A DNA stretch of 63,283 nt, filler included, from Octopus bimaculoides (GCF_001194135.2; 3 parts of 3 records of this genome joined end to end with filler, not necessarily neighbours in it); one strand, 5' to 3'; counted from the whole stretch's first letter, positions 25,140 through 37,875 are shown. Notes: generated by a model not told the origin, from the sequence alone. A program made the numbers and translations.

Positions 25140-25158
25140 AGCTATTTCGGCCCCACGT

Positions 25159-25258
25159 NNNNNNNNNNNNNNNNNNNNNNNNNNNNNNNNNNNNNNNNNN
25201 NNTTAATTAATTAANNNNNNNNNNNNNNNNNNNNNNNNNNNNNNNNNNNNNNNNNNNN
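25159..25258. other. Assembly placeholder (44N-TTAATTAATTAA-44N)
   Basis: 12-mer with stops in all six frames centred in a 100-bp gap; identical at 45350-45449. Confidence 0.9.
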
Positions 25259-25499
25259 CGAAAGTGAAGCATTCGGAGCTTTTAGCATTTTCTCGGATTC
25301 GTAATCTCTATTTTTCTACGCAGATTTTTTAAAAAATCGAAAAAATGTTAAAAAATTAAGAAATTGGGGTGGGGAGGGGGGAAATAAAAATTTTGAAAAT
25401 ATGATTTTTTGGACGAAATCGTAATCTCCTTCATCGAAAACATAGGAACCCGAAGAAATTTTGCGGGAAAAAAAAACGGAAATGCAGTTTACATTCGCC

Positions 25500-25750
25500 C
25501 ATCATAATTATCGTCATCACCACCATCGACGTCATCATCGTCTTCTTCATCATCGCCGCCAACACCTTTACGACCAGCATCGTTGACATCGCTCTCGTCA
25601 TCATCATTCTCACCTACACAATCACCAGTACTACCACCACCACCACCATCACCACCACCACCATTATCATTATCTTTATCACTATCATCACCAACACCAA
25701 CAACACTATCGTCGTCGTCGGCGTCGTCGGCGTCATCATTATCATCCTCT
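25500..25750. repeat. Degenerate CAT/CAC/CGT trinucleotide tract
   Basis: Direct reading. Confidence 0.85.
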
Positions 25751-25969
25751 TGTCTCCCGTTCTAGTATGTCTTACACTCCTCTCCATTTATGTATTAAAG
25801 AAACTCTTAACACCATTCCTCCCCTTCAAAGATTATCTTTTACGAAAAGAAAAGAATGAAAAGCAGGCTAAACTTATAAATGACACCATTGTCAATTCTA
25901 TTTATAAGTCTAGCAACAATTTTCCAGGCCATCAGCATATTTCGGCAAAACAAAGCTGCTAAGATCTTA

Positions 25970-26490
25970 AACAAATAGCTATGACATAAAAAAATACTTA
26001 TATGAAGTAAAAAAAAGTAATAAATCTCAAATTAAGTTTTGTGCATCCAGCCTAACTCTTTAAAGCCTTCCGGTTAGAGGATTTCGCAGCAGTTTAATAA
26101 CGAATGAAATCTTAATATCTTGTGGGTTAAAATTTCCCTTCTAGCATTCACGTCAAGGCGATCCCCACGTAAATAGGGTTGGTCGGAAATTACAGAGATT
26201 TATTTAAAACCCAGAAAAAAAAAACCCTACAAATCAAATGGCTGCCAATATCATAAACAAATGACTATGAAATGAAAATGTTTATATGAAGTAAAAAAAG
26301 TAATAAATTTCAAATTAATGTTTGAACATCCAGCCTAACTCTTTAAAACGCTCGGGCTAGAGGGCTTCGCAACAGTTTGATAACGAATGAGATTTTAATA
26401 TCTTGTGGGTTAAAATTTTCCTTCTAGCATTCACGTAAATAGGGTTGGTCGGAAATTACAGAAATTAATTTTAAATAAATACCAGAGAAA
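25970..26490. repeat. Diverged tandem duplication, period ~270-285 bp
   Basis: CATCCAGCCTAACTCTTTAAA...AAATAGGGTTGGTCGGAAATTACAG occurs twice. Confidence 0.85.
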
Positions 26491-28299
26491 AAGAGGGAAG
26501 GAATGGGAGAAAGAGACCTACCTGCTTTTAGAAATGAATCATCATTGTACATCAAAGATTTACACAACCGGAAATACGCAAAACTATCCCTTCCTGCTTG
26601 AAGGTATTTTGCATGAAAGGTGGCGGCATGAAGTATTTACGTTGACAACGTTAAGGAAAATGACTGGGACCCAGGGTCAATAATTAGTAGCACAAGAAGA
26701 AATTTCCTTAAGTACCGATTACATATTAAGATTGAATGTTCTATAAACTGAGTGGAAAATATACGAATTGTTGTAAATACGCATAGTTGTGTTCTGTAAA
26801 CTCAACGTCTCTTTCTTTAGTGTAAATATAACATAACACTATTTTCTTGGGTAGCCGGTTATAACGAGTCTGCGGCGATTTCGTTTTATTTTTACCATTT
26901 CTGAACTTAAGTGATGGTGTCATTAGAAAACAGATGAATGTCACAGTTCATCATTCTTCTCTATGTTATTACGTAGAATACTATTTAAGTAATGGTTTAT
27001 TAATTTAGATTGAAGAGAAGATTGTTGTTGTCATTGATGCTGTTGTTGCTGTGATGCTAGTGGCGGCGTCGGCGACAGTGACGGTGGTGACTGTGACGGC
27101 GGCGACAGTGATGATAGCAAAGGCGGGGAGGAGATGGCAGTAGTGGTGGTAGCATCAGTTGTGATGGTTGGTGATGTTTAACACTTGGACTACATTATCT
27201 ATTACATGCTTTCCTCATTGAAGATGTGATAAAGTATGGTTCAAGGTTGGATTCGGGCACTCTTTCTAGCAGTTCGAGCGATCATGTAGTGACTATCTCT
27301 ATAAAGTACAGTAATGTACCGATTGTATAACATTGTGTAAGTGTCTTCTTGGTAGAACGTAGTGAAGTATACCAATGGTATAAAGTAGACCTGAGAAATG
27401 TCTCGCATTGTTTTACTGTTCTGCTTACAGATTGTATTTGTAATGTGAGAATCAGTTGATTTCTCTTTCAGAATATCCAAGCTTATCCAAACTGACAGTT
27501 TGGCATTTACTTACAAAACCATGTATGTTTGTATGTGTGTATGTATGTATGTTTGTATGTATGTATGTATGTATGTATGCATGTATGTATGTATTGATGG
27601 ATGGATGGATGGATGGATGTTTTGTGTCAGCAAATGACTATACAGAGAATTGAAACAGTGGAATAAATAGGAATAAATGTTTACGTTGTGAGGAAGAAGA
27701 AACGTATAAAGTTTCTAAGAAGATCCATTGTCGGAGGGTTCGAGTTCTGACAAAGGATTCTTCCTAATATGTAAGAATTCTCTTTCCCACGGCATAAAGA
27801 TTCATCCCACTGTTTGCATTATCAAAATTATTGTTTTATTTACATTTCTAATCGAACTAGTAGCTGTTGTTTGGTCTTAAGGAAGTTTTGTAAGAATTTT
27901 AAACCAATCCCAGAATTAACTGGAACTTCATTAATACCTGGAAGAGTACGAAGTAATAATTTTTTAATCTGAGCGGGATTTGAACTCAGAACGTAAACAG
28001 ACCTAACTGAAAACCTAAGGCATTTGCCCGAAGCGCAATGATTCCGAATCAGTTATTATCAAAATTCTAGCGTCCATGAGCATTATACATTATACAATGT
28101 GTCCTTCCTTTCCTATGACGATATTATGTAGTATGAGACAGATTTGGTGGCTATTTCTAGCATGTCGAGAACCCAGGAGAGGAATTAGTTTCTCGATTTG
28201 GGGAAACGGTGATAAATTGAGAGATAAAAACTGGAAGAGTATTAAAGATTCAAATAGAGCGGGGGGCGGGAAAAGAGAGCAAGAAAAGAGGTATCTTTT

Positions 28300-28535
28300 A
28301 TCTTTTCTTTGTTTCAGTCGTAGGACTGTGGCCAAGATGGAGTACCACCATAATGGGTCTAGTAGTGCAAATCGTCCCCTGTACTTATGTTTTAAGTCTT
28401 ATATTCATTCTATCGATAACTTTGGCTGAACCGCTAAGTTACAGGGGCGTTGGAAAACCAACACTGTCATGTGTTTGGGGCAAACATAAACACAATGACA
28501 CACACTAACATACATACATGTATACATACATACAT

Positions 28536-28591
<56 letters not shown>

Positions 28592-28830
28592 AAACAATAA
28601 GTAAAGAGACCAATGGCAAAAGTAGAATTATATTTTATGTATAAAGTCTTACAGCTGTTTCAGGGAAAATCCAATGTATCCCTTCATCGGAGACGGTAAT
28701 AGTATATATGTATATCCTTTTATTCTTTTATACGTTTCAGCCCTACAGTTTCTGTTTGCCGAATTCACTCACATAGTATTGGCTGTAGTAGAAAACACTT
28801 GCCCTGGGTGCCGCACAATGCGACTGAACC
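28300..28830 (-). mobile_element. Family A SINE whose internal (TA)n holds a hammerhead-bearing insert (~28589-28700)
   Basis: 3' half 28300-28530, (TA)n 28540-28588, head and CORE-like part 28740-28830. Confidence 0.65.
28646..28694 (-). ncRNA. Type I hammerhead fold with CCGAUGA core (GUA triplet)
   Basis: GTCT-CCGATGA-AGGGA(12 nt)TCCCT-GAAA-CAGCTG-T-A-AGAC. Confidence 0.65.
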
Positions 28831-29349
28831 GGAAACCACGTGGTTGCGAAGCGAGCTTCTTAACCATACCCAAGAAAATATATGTTTTTTAAAAAATGTG
28901 TCAAGTTTGTCAACAATGCCAAAGCATTGTTGAAATTGGACCTACCTTATTATAACTAATCCATCAAATATTTCACACACATGCTGTACATCCTTTACCA
29001 AGACGTCATTAACCATTTTCTGACATTTTATTGGAACTTTCAACCAGCCTACATTTTACGTTCACGCTTTATTCACATTTCAAGCTTTCGTTCTTCTGAC
29101 TTGTTGTTGTTGTTGTTGTTGTTGTTTACGAAATCCGCTGAGAGCCTCTCTTCCAAACCTTTTCCTGCCTCATTCATTCACATGTAATATCTTACATAGC
29201 ATTCACGACGCTTCCTTCTTCCTCTGTTCCACATTTTAGCTTTACTATACTCTCGCTCACGACGGCGTTTGTTTATTTATTTATTTATTCATTCATTCAT
29301 TCATTCATTCATTCATCCATTCATTCATTAATATATTCTGGGAGAATCA

Positions 29350-29550
29350 TAAGCACGCCGGGTAAAATGCTTAGCGGTATTTCGTCTGTCTTTATGTTCT
29401 GAGTTCAAATTCCGCCGAGGTCGACTTTGCCTTTCATCCTTTCGGAGTCGATTAAATAAGTACCAGTTACGCACTGGGGTCGATGTAATCGATTTAATCC
29501 CTTTGTCTGTCCTTGTTTGTCCACTCTATGTGGCAATAAAGAAATAAATA
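29350..29550 (+). mobile_element. tRNA-derived SINE family B (Meta/MESC-like central domain, by recall)
   Basis: GAGTTCAAATTCC B box then GTCGACTTTGCCTTTCATCCTTTCGGAGTCGATTAAATAAGTACCAG. Confidence 0.75.
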
Positions 29551-29974
29551 TGTTCTACGCATGAAATAATTTGACACTTATTAATGTTAAATTAGTCCAA
29601 AAATTTCTACACTTAGGTGCAGGCAAGCCTGCGTGGTTTACGAACTCGCTTCGCGACCAAATGGTTGGGGGCTCANNNNNNNNNNNNNNNNNNNNNNNNN
29701 NNNNNNNNNNNNNNNNNNNNNNNNNNNNNNNNNNNNNNNNNNNNNNNNNNNNNNNNNNNNNNNNNNNNNNNNNNNNNNNNNNNNNNNNNNNNNNNNNNNN
29801 NNNNNNNNNNNNNNNNNNNNNNNNNNNNNNNNNNNNNNNNNNNNNNNNNNNNNNNNNNNNNNNNNNNNNNNNNNNNNNNNNNNNNNNNNNNNNNNNNNNN
29901 NNNNNNNNNNNNNNNNNNNNNNNNNNNNNNNTATATATATATATTGCGTGTGTGTGTGTGTGTGTGTGTGTGCT

Positions 29975-30190
29975 GCATGTGTGTATGTTTGTCCCTTCAC
30001 TGTCGCTTTACAAATGACGCTGGTTTGTTTACGTTCCTGTAACATTAGCGTTTCAACGAGTGAATCAATTAGAAGTACCAGACGTAAAAAATAAGTACAA
30101 GGGTCGATTTGTTCGGCTTAACCCGTCAAGGCGGTGTCCCAGTATGGTTGCAGTCCAATGACTGCAACAAGTGAAAGACAAACGATAAAA
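29975..30190 (+). mobile_element. 3' half of family A SINE
   Basis: Homologous to 230-447. Confidence 0.65.
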
Positions 30191-30535
30191 AGATTCAAGT
30201 GATTACCTGTAAAAGCGACCCGTCGTTTTTTTCATTATCTGCGTTTGTTATTGGGACCTTTATCTCACGGACATTTTACTGTCTTGTTCTTACGGAGTCA
30301 CAGAACGTCAGAAAGTCCTGAGAGCTTACTACATATTTTCGGCATTCGCTACCGCCAAATATTTCAGCTTCACGCAAACTACTACAAAACATGAAGTAGT
30401 CGAAATCTCGAAAGGGGTTTCAATTGTTATAAATATATAACATCCGGTTCACCAATATTTTATGAATGGAATTGGATAGAATGGAATTTGTGCCAAAGCG
30501 GTTGTATATATACACAGACATATACAAATACGTGC

Positions 30536-30715
30536 AGGCTCTCTGTCGGTTACGATGACGAATGTTTCACTTGATACGATCGTCCGAACAGCCTTCCCGT
30601 GAAATTAATGTGCAAGAGGTTGAGCACTCTATAGACACGCGTATGCTTGATGTATTTCTCAAGGAGATTCAGCGTGACACAGAGTATGACAAGGCTGACT
30701 CTTTGAATTACAGAT
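30536..30715 (-). mobile_element. 3' part of family D SINE
   Basis: Diverged reverse complement of ~50105-50280. Confidence 0.65.
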
Positions 30716-31038
30716 ACAGCTCATTTTTGTCATACATACAAATAAGTACCAGCTTTACAAAGAATAAGTCCTGGGTCAATTTCCTCGACTAAAGGCGGTG
30801 CTCCAGCATGGCCGCAGTCAAATGACTGGAACAAATAAAAGAATAAAAGAATATTTGTGTTGCAAGATTCCTGATGTGAAATCGTGAAACAGATATTGTT
30901 GTATTTTGGGATGGTCTCTTTCTTTTTGCCAAATAAACACACGCACTTTTTCGAAGAGATAGGGTGTACAGATGAGTCGTCATGTACAGAAAACAATTGT
31001 GTTGTATGTAGGATTAACCCACGGGTTAACTGCAAGTT

Positions 31039-31040
<2 letters not shown>

Positions 31041-31114
<74 letters not shown>
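31041..31114. repeat. (GATA)n microsatellite
   Basis: Direct reading. Confidence 0.95.
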
Positions 31115-31309
31115 CATAAAGAGAGAGAAAGAGAGAGACCTCAAGTAGATTCCACCAATCTCTTTATTCTCTCGTGTGGTTTTCTACTGAATTTTGTTAG
31201 AGGTCTATAAGTGTTGCACTGGGATGCCTGCCCATCACGCTTCCGTGCTCTTGTCGTTCATCATAGGCTTTCGTCCTTCCGCCTCCATGGGAGTGGTTTG
31301 TTCATTCAT

Positions 31310-31345
<36 letters not shown>

Positions 31346-32989
31346 GAAACGAGCATTACTCGGAATTTCAACGGTATGGAAACACGGTCTAATCCCGCAT
31401 GTACTCTATGTGCGAAGCCTTAGCCACGGTAAGTTTCGCTTCCAGTTCTGGAGACAAGTGACGCGGAGAAAATTGTCACACACTGCTGACATGAAAGGCG
31501 CAACGTCGACAGAAAGGAAGCAACTCAACCAATATTAAGTTAGTACATATTGACGTTTGGACTTAAGGTCTTAAAACGTGGTAGATAAGACACAAAGGTT
31601 TGTCTCCTTTTATAGGAACGGTGGCGGTGGCGGCGGTGGTGGTGGTGGTGTGGTGGTAGTTAATCCCAGGACAACACTGATCGAGCTATCTTCTGACCAA
31701 ACTCATTTCAGTCGCAGCCATCCCTTCTTTGTCATATGTACTGAGAACAGGACGTATTCTTTTCTGAGACAAAAGAGTGTGATTCGAGTGAGATTTTGTT
31801 GCTACTTTTTGCAGATTAAGCGACTACATAAATGTTCCTCAGTTGATTCATACAGCCTCTGCAGTTCTAATGCGTTTGACAAACAGAAGTGAACATGTAA
31901 AAAGCGAAATTGTTTTGATGAAAAGCAAAGCGTTGCAATAACGAAACTGTTATATGTGATACATTTAGTCAACGTATTTTCCCATTTAATGCTACTTCAT
32001 TTTCCTGAAAAAAAAATATCCCCCGTTAAATCCTCAAACATTTTAACACTAAAATGCCAGTTCTAGAATCCCAATCCCATAACAAAAACCTAAAGTTGCA
32101 AATTATCTATAATACATTAAAAGTCAGTTTGAATCTTGCTTGCTTATAATGCTACCCAGCCAAAATGGTGCATAATGGAAAAATACAATGAATTAAGTTT
32201 ACTCTGAAATGTTAATACAAACAATAAAACAATGTTTCGTGGAAATCAGAAGAGTAGTTATTGAGATGTTCGGAGTTGGGGGGTATAACTACCCAAAATG
32301 GTGCATAATGGGAAAATGTTCCGAATATAACTTCATCCTGAAAGGGAAAAAACCCTAACCTTTCGATTAGACAATGATTTGACAACGAAAGTATACGATT
32401 TGTTTTTTTTTACAGTAAATGTTTCTATTTTCGCTTTTGTTAAATATACTATTTTAATCATTTAGAAATATTTTAAAGTGAATGTGATTTCAAAAATGTA
32501 AGTTGTTTATCCAGTAAGTATTTATATTTTAACTTTCTTTAAACGGACAATATCTTAATGTTTTTTTTAATTATTTTCAAGTGAATACCATTACAAAAAT
32601 CTTTTTTGATATATCTAAAAAATATTTTAAAGCGAAAATGACTTTAAAAATACGGGAAATATTTCGTAAAAGACCCGTTCATAACCTCGGTATGAAATCA
32701 TTTTTTCCATAGGTTTTTTCGAGTGCATTCAAAAGTATCTCAGCTCCAAAAATTTGGCTGCTATTTCTACCACGCCCTGTTACCATGTAACAGCTATTTG
32801 CGATAAGAGACCCGAATTACTTGTTACGTGGTGTGCAAGAAATAGTAGCCAAATCTTTCTTTCCCCGAGCCTTTTACGCGTGAATTCGATGTCACATTCG
32901 TTGAAAGCATACGAAATAACCTGGAAAAGAAAAAAAAAACACGAAACTAAACTCTATTGCTGGGAAACTCAGAGTTTCCTGGTGACCAA

Positions 32990-33560
32990 ACGAGTCGCGA
33001 GTAGTCTAGTATGTAATAATTTTGATACAATGTGTAGATTGTCTCTTTCTCTCTGGCTCAAAGTGATACAGTCAACACTCATCCTGGCTTAAGACACGTT
33101 CAAGAAAACCAGCCGGGTCTGCCTGAAACAATGTCAGATTTTTCCGTGATAAGATCAGCCTGGCGCGCTTTTGATCAGGTGCCAGAAGGCGTGGCACCCA
33201 CCGAGCGGAAACATTCGTCATACCAAGTTCATTGTGCGTGATATTGTCAAATCTCTTATGGGATATGCTAATCCCATTGGTTATTTGATTTCTAACCAGT
33301 CACCAGTGAACCATTACCATGTGGTGAATGCGACCAATGTTTTCTTCGGCGGTAGTAGTTGCAGGACGTTCAGACCTTGGGTCATCTTCAAGATCCTGTA
33401 CCCCTCCTAACTTCAGTTACCTACTTTAGTACTGTTGATAAAGCTGGTGCGTCATCCCTTAATGTAGCGATTATGTCAGCATGAATGTCTTTGAGAACTA
33501 AACATTTTCTCGCAGGCACTTTATAACACCACGAAGACAATTTTGTACGTTTTCAAGAGA
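32990..33560 (-). mobile_element. mariner transposase remnant (N-terminal half)
   Basis: KDIHADIIATLRDDAPALSTV, LEDDPRSERPATT, VSARWVPRLLTPDQKRARL, FLERVLSQDE. Confidence 0.8.
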
Positions 33561-34675
33561 AGTCGCTACAAGTTACTCTTGAAGTGTTCTATGATCACTT
33601 CAAATAAGAAGAGTTGAAATTAATAAGGAGTGTTGATATTAATGCATGCAAGATTTCACAGATCTAGCATCACTCTTTCATAATCAGCCTATGAACTTTC
33701 CAGCCCACCCTCGTATATATACGTAGCCTACAATAACTTTACGGTCAATATATTAAATTAACAATTTTAATTTATAAGAATTCCATGACAAATTAGCCAA
33801 AAATGAATGAACATTTGTCTCAGTATTGTGTAGGCACTCCTTTTGCTAATGCCGTGGCTTTTAATGGCTTAAGCGTGGATTTGTTTAAACCATAAAGGAA
33901 ACTTATGTTTATCTATTCTTTGGTCTATGCTTCTATTCGCTCTGTTACTGATGTAACTTTCAGCCATCTTACTCGCAGTCTTCTTTCTAGATGGTACTAT
34001 TTTGTATGTTCTGCTGGCCTGAAGTCGGGACTATGAGCAGCTCATTTCATTAGTTCATTTCCGTGAGTTTTTTTTCCAACGCTTGTATAGCAAGAGATTC
34101 TATCACCTTGAAAAATAATGATCTTATCAATTCCTACTTTGAAACATTGTTAATAGACACTGTTCATGTATGTATCTGACCGTTTTATAGCATTTAAGTG
34201 ATTTTCAATAAAAATCATCTCATACCTACTTAGTGCCCAAACTGGCCTCCATACCCTAACTCCATTTCCTCCTCTGCTTGATCAGCAATAGATACGTCAC
34301 ATCACACTTAAAAGAATACATCTGTGTTGTTTAAGGACCGGAGACAACTACTAAATATTTGAACAACAAGACAGACGAGGATGCGTCCCAGCCTCCACAT
34401 TGTGTAAAATGTCAATTGAGTCAAAATTTGCGTGGGAGATATCACCCACTTCATCAGCTGGTGTTCAGAAATGTCCGCAAAACACTACTTTCCCATGAGA
34501 GGCGACTGTCGCTATAACCATCCACGATGCCAACCAACTATTTTCAGAAACCCCTCAAGAGCTGTTTTCACTTAAACAAAGTCACCACTTTTGTTAGTCA
34601 TGTGACATGAATTCTGCAAAGGAAAGAAAATTTAGATAAATCCCAAAGATATGTATGCATATATATATATATTCT

Positions 34676-35085
34676 TTTATTCTTTTATTTGTATCAGCCA
34701 TTTGACTGCGGCCATGCTGGAGCACTCCAGGACTTAATCTTTGTAAGCCTAGTACTTATTCTATCGGTCTCCTTTGCCGAACTGCTAAGTTACGGGAACG
34801 TAAACACACCAGCATCGGTTGTCAAGCGATGGTGGGGGAGGGCAAATACGGACACACAAACATACACACACACACATACACAGACATATATATATATATA
34901 TATATATANNNNNNNNNNATATGATGGGCTTCTTTTCAGTTTCTGTCTACCAAATCCACTCACAAGGCTTTGGTCGGCCCGAGACTATAGTAGAAGACAC
35001 ATGCCCAAGGTGCCACGCAGTGGGACTGGACTCGGAACCATGTCGTTCGTAAGCCTGCTACTTACAACACAGCCACTCCTGCACC
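34676..35085 (-). mobile_element. Complete family A CORE-type SINE with internal (CA)/(TA) microsatellite
   Basis: Head GGTGCAGGAGTGGCTGTGTTG...GGTTCCGAGTCC, CORE-like GGCACCTTGGGCATGTGTCTT, A-rich tail. Confidence 0.8.
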
Positions 35086-35709
35086 TATATATATATATAT
35101 ATATACACAGGAAGAATGCATTGAGAATAGTTAAAATACATTTTATTAACATATTTAAAGCTTTAACCGGTTTCACAGTTTACACTGATTATCAAAAAGT
35201 TCAAAGAGGAAGACGTGGCCTTTGTCGCAGCTGTTTGCTTCTGACTAGTGTTTGAAGCTTGCTCTATTTTTATAGGGAGTTCATGGTTCAAATTAGTATA
35301 TATTTTGAATAGGATTTGATTTGGTTGAGGATAGTCACATGACTGGTCTTAGAAATATTTGTAGGTTACCCGCTATGTCCGTGTGTTAGTATCAAGTGAC
35401 GATGTTTGGTGTCGTAAGTTAAGGCTGACACGGTTGACTGAACATGTCCAAACAATCAATGCTCTGAATGTTTTTTGTCAAGTATTTGTAGAGAATGAAC
35501 ACATGATTAAGTTTATAACCTTTTGCACGCTTTCCCGCAACGTCTGTGCGTTGGTGTCACGTGACAGTATATTTTGCGCCTAAAATAAAGGCCGACACGA
35601 TATATTCTGCTCGCAGAATATATAAATTCAAACAACACACAGTCGCTGATTTTGCACCAATCTAAAAAGCTAGTTCTAAAATCTCTCTAGGAGATAATCG
35701 CAGTAGTTG

Positions 35710-36165
35710 TACTAACAAGTAATGCTCGTAGTTACATCAACATGGCTGTTCCGTTCAGAAGGACTTTACTGCGATTTTTTAAGCCCAAGAAGACATCTCC
35801 TCTAGCTAGTTAACGATGCACTACTGCATCCGATATATTCAGTACTGAAGAGAGGCAGATATAGCCCGAAACCAGACTGGTATGCACGTCCCGTCGCTAA
35901 ACAGTGGTAGGGGGTTGTTCCCCTGCTCGCAGTATATCGGATGCAGCTGTGCATCGTTAACCACCGAGAGGAGATATCCTCTTGGGCTTAAAAAATCACA
36001 GTAAAATCCGTTCGAACAGAACATCCATGTTGAAGTGGCTACGAACATTACTTATCGTATGCAGTGGTGCATCCTTAACCAGCTAGAAGAGATATCCCCT
36101 TGGGCTTAAAAAATAGCAGTAAAGTCCATTTGAATGGAACAGCCATGTTGAAGTGGCTATAACTT
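35710..36165. repeat. ~115-bp unit present as an inverted pair plus a third tandem copy
   Basis: 35719-35836 is the reverse complement of 35934-36051; 36058-36165 repeats the right arm. Confidence 0.8.
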
Positions 36166-37689
36166 GTTATACACACACACACACACACACACAGAGTATC
36201 CGTCTACTAAATACACCTCCAAGTTTGGTCGGCCCAAAGTGCCACGCAGTGAGACTGATCCTGGAACCATGTGTCAGGAAGCAAACTTCTTACCACACAG
36301 CCACACCTGCACCATCACACTGTGTGTGTGTGTGTGTGTGTGTGTGCTTGTGTGTGTGTGTGTGTGTGTGNNNNNNNNNNNNNNNNNNNNNNNNNNNNNN
36401 NNNNNNNNNNNNNNNNNNNNNNNNNNNNNNNNNNNNNNNNNNNNNNNNNNNNNNNNNNNNNNNNNNNNNNNNNNNNNNNNNNNNNNNNNNNNNNNNNNNN
36501 NNNNNNNNNNNNNNNNNNNNNNNNNNNNNNNNNNNNNNNNNNNNNNNNNNNNNNNNNNNNNNNNNNNNNNNNNNNNNNNNNNNNNNNNNNNNNNNNNNNN
36601 NNNNNNNNNNNNNNNNNNNNNNNNNNNNNNNNNNNNNNNNNNNNNNNNNNNNNNNNNNNNNNNNNNNNNNNNNNNNNNNNNNNNNNNNNNNNNNNNNNNN
36701 NNNNNNNNNNNNNNNNNNNNNNNNNNNNNNNNNNNNNNNNNNNNNNNNNNNNNNNNNNNNNNNNNNNNNNNNNNNNNNNNNNNNNNNNNNNNNNNNNNNN
36801 NNNNNNNNNNNNNNNNNNNNNNNNNNNNNNNNNNNNNNNNNNNNNNNNNNNNNNNNNNNNNNNNNNNNNNNNNNNNNNNNNNNNNNNNNNNNNNNNNNNN
36901 NNNNNNNNNNNNNNNNNNNNNNNNNNNNNNNNNNNNNNNNNNNNNNNNNNNNNNNNNNNNNNNNNNNNNNNNNNNNNNNNNNNNNNNNNNNNNNNNNNNN
37001 NNNNNNNNNNNNNNNNNNNNNNNNNNNNNNNNNNNNNNNNNNNNNNNNNNNNNNNNNNNNNNNNNNNNNNNNNNNNNNNNNNNNNNNNNNNNNNNNNNNN
37101 NNNNNNNNNNNNNNNNNNNNNNNNNNNNNNNNNNNNNNNNNNNNNNNNNNNNNNNNNNNNNNNNNNNNNNNNNNNNNNNNNNNNNNNNNNNNNNNNNNNN
37201 NNNNNNNNTATACACATACACACACAGGGGTATATCTGTATATATATTGTAGATGTGTGAGGAGAAATAACTGACAGTTTGATGGAAAATAAAATAAAAA
37301 CACATTTATTACATCACTGAATAAAAGAATATCTGATTAAGCGAGTAACTTTGATGGTTGTTTGAAGATATAGTTTATACGAGTAATATGATAGCTTACT
37401 ACTCGTCTTGAAGAATTTTAAGCTGGTCACAAGCTATTTTGTTAATACCACACAACACCACATCACATCACACCACCACGCACACACACTAGCACTGACC
37501 ATTTCCCAGCACCCCCACCATCATTCACACACCTACACATGCACACACGCACACGTCAAGGTCACCAGCCCTCTTCCACACGCACATATATACTCTCTTA
37601 TACACACGCACGCGCATCTTCGTTTTGGGATCACCACTACTTTATTATCTCTCCTGTGTGACCCCTCTGTCCGGCATTCGCCATGATAG

Positions 37690-37838
37690 ATCGCTAGCCC
37701 CACACTCTTTATTTTCTCTCCCTGTTTCTTTCCGTGTTCTTTTCTGTTGAAGAGCGTAGGCTCGAAACGTTAAAGACTATTTGACTTCCCGAGCGTTAAA
37801 CTAATACATCTGTTTATCGTCTACACCACCTGTCTTTG

Positions 37839-37875
<37 letters not shown>

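Noticed and set aside
25203-25214. TTAATTAATTAA palindrome
   Set aside because: Assembly spacer.
34420-34460. Minus-strand CTGATGA-A-GTGGG/CCCAC-GCAAA
   Set aside because: GAAA disrupted and helices I/III absent; at best a decayed hammerhead.
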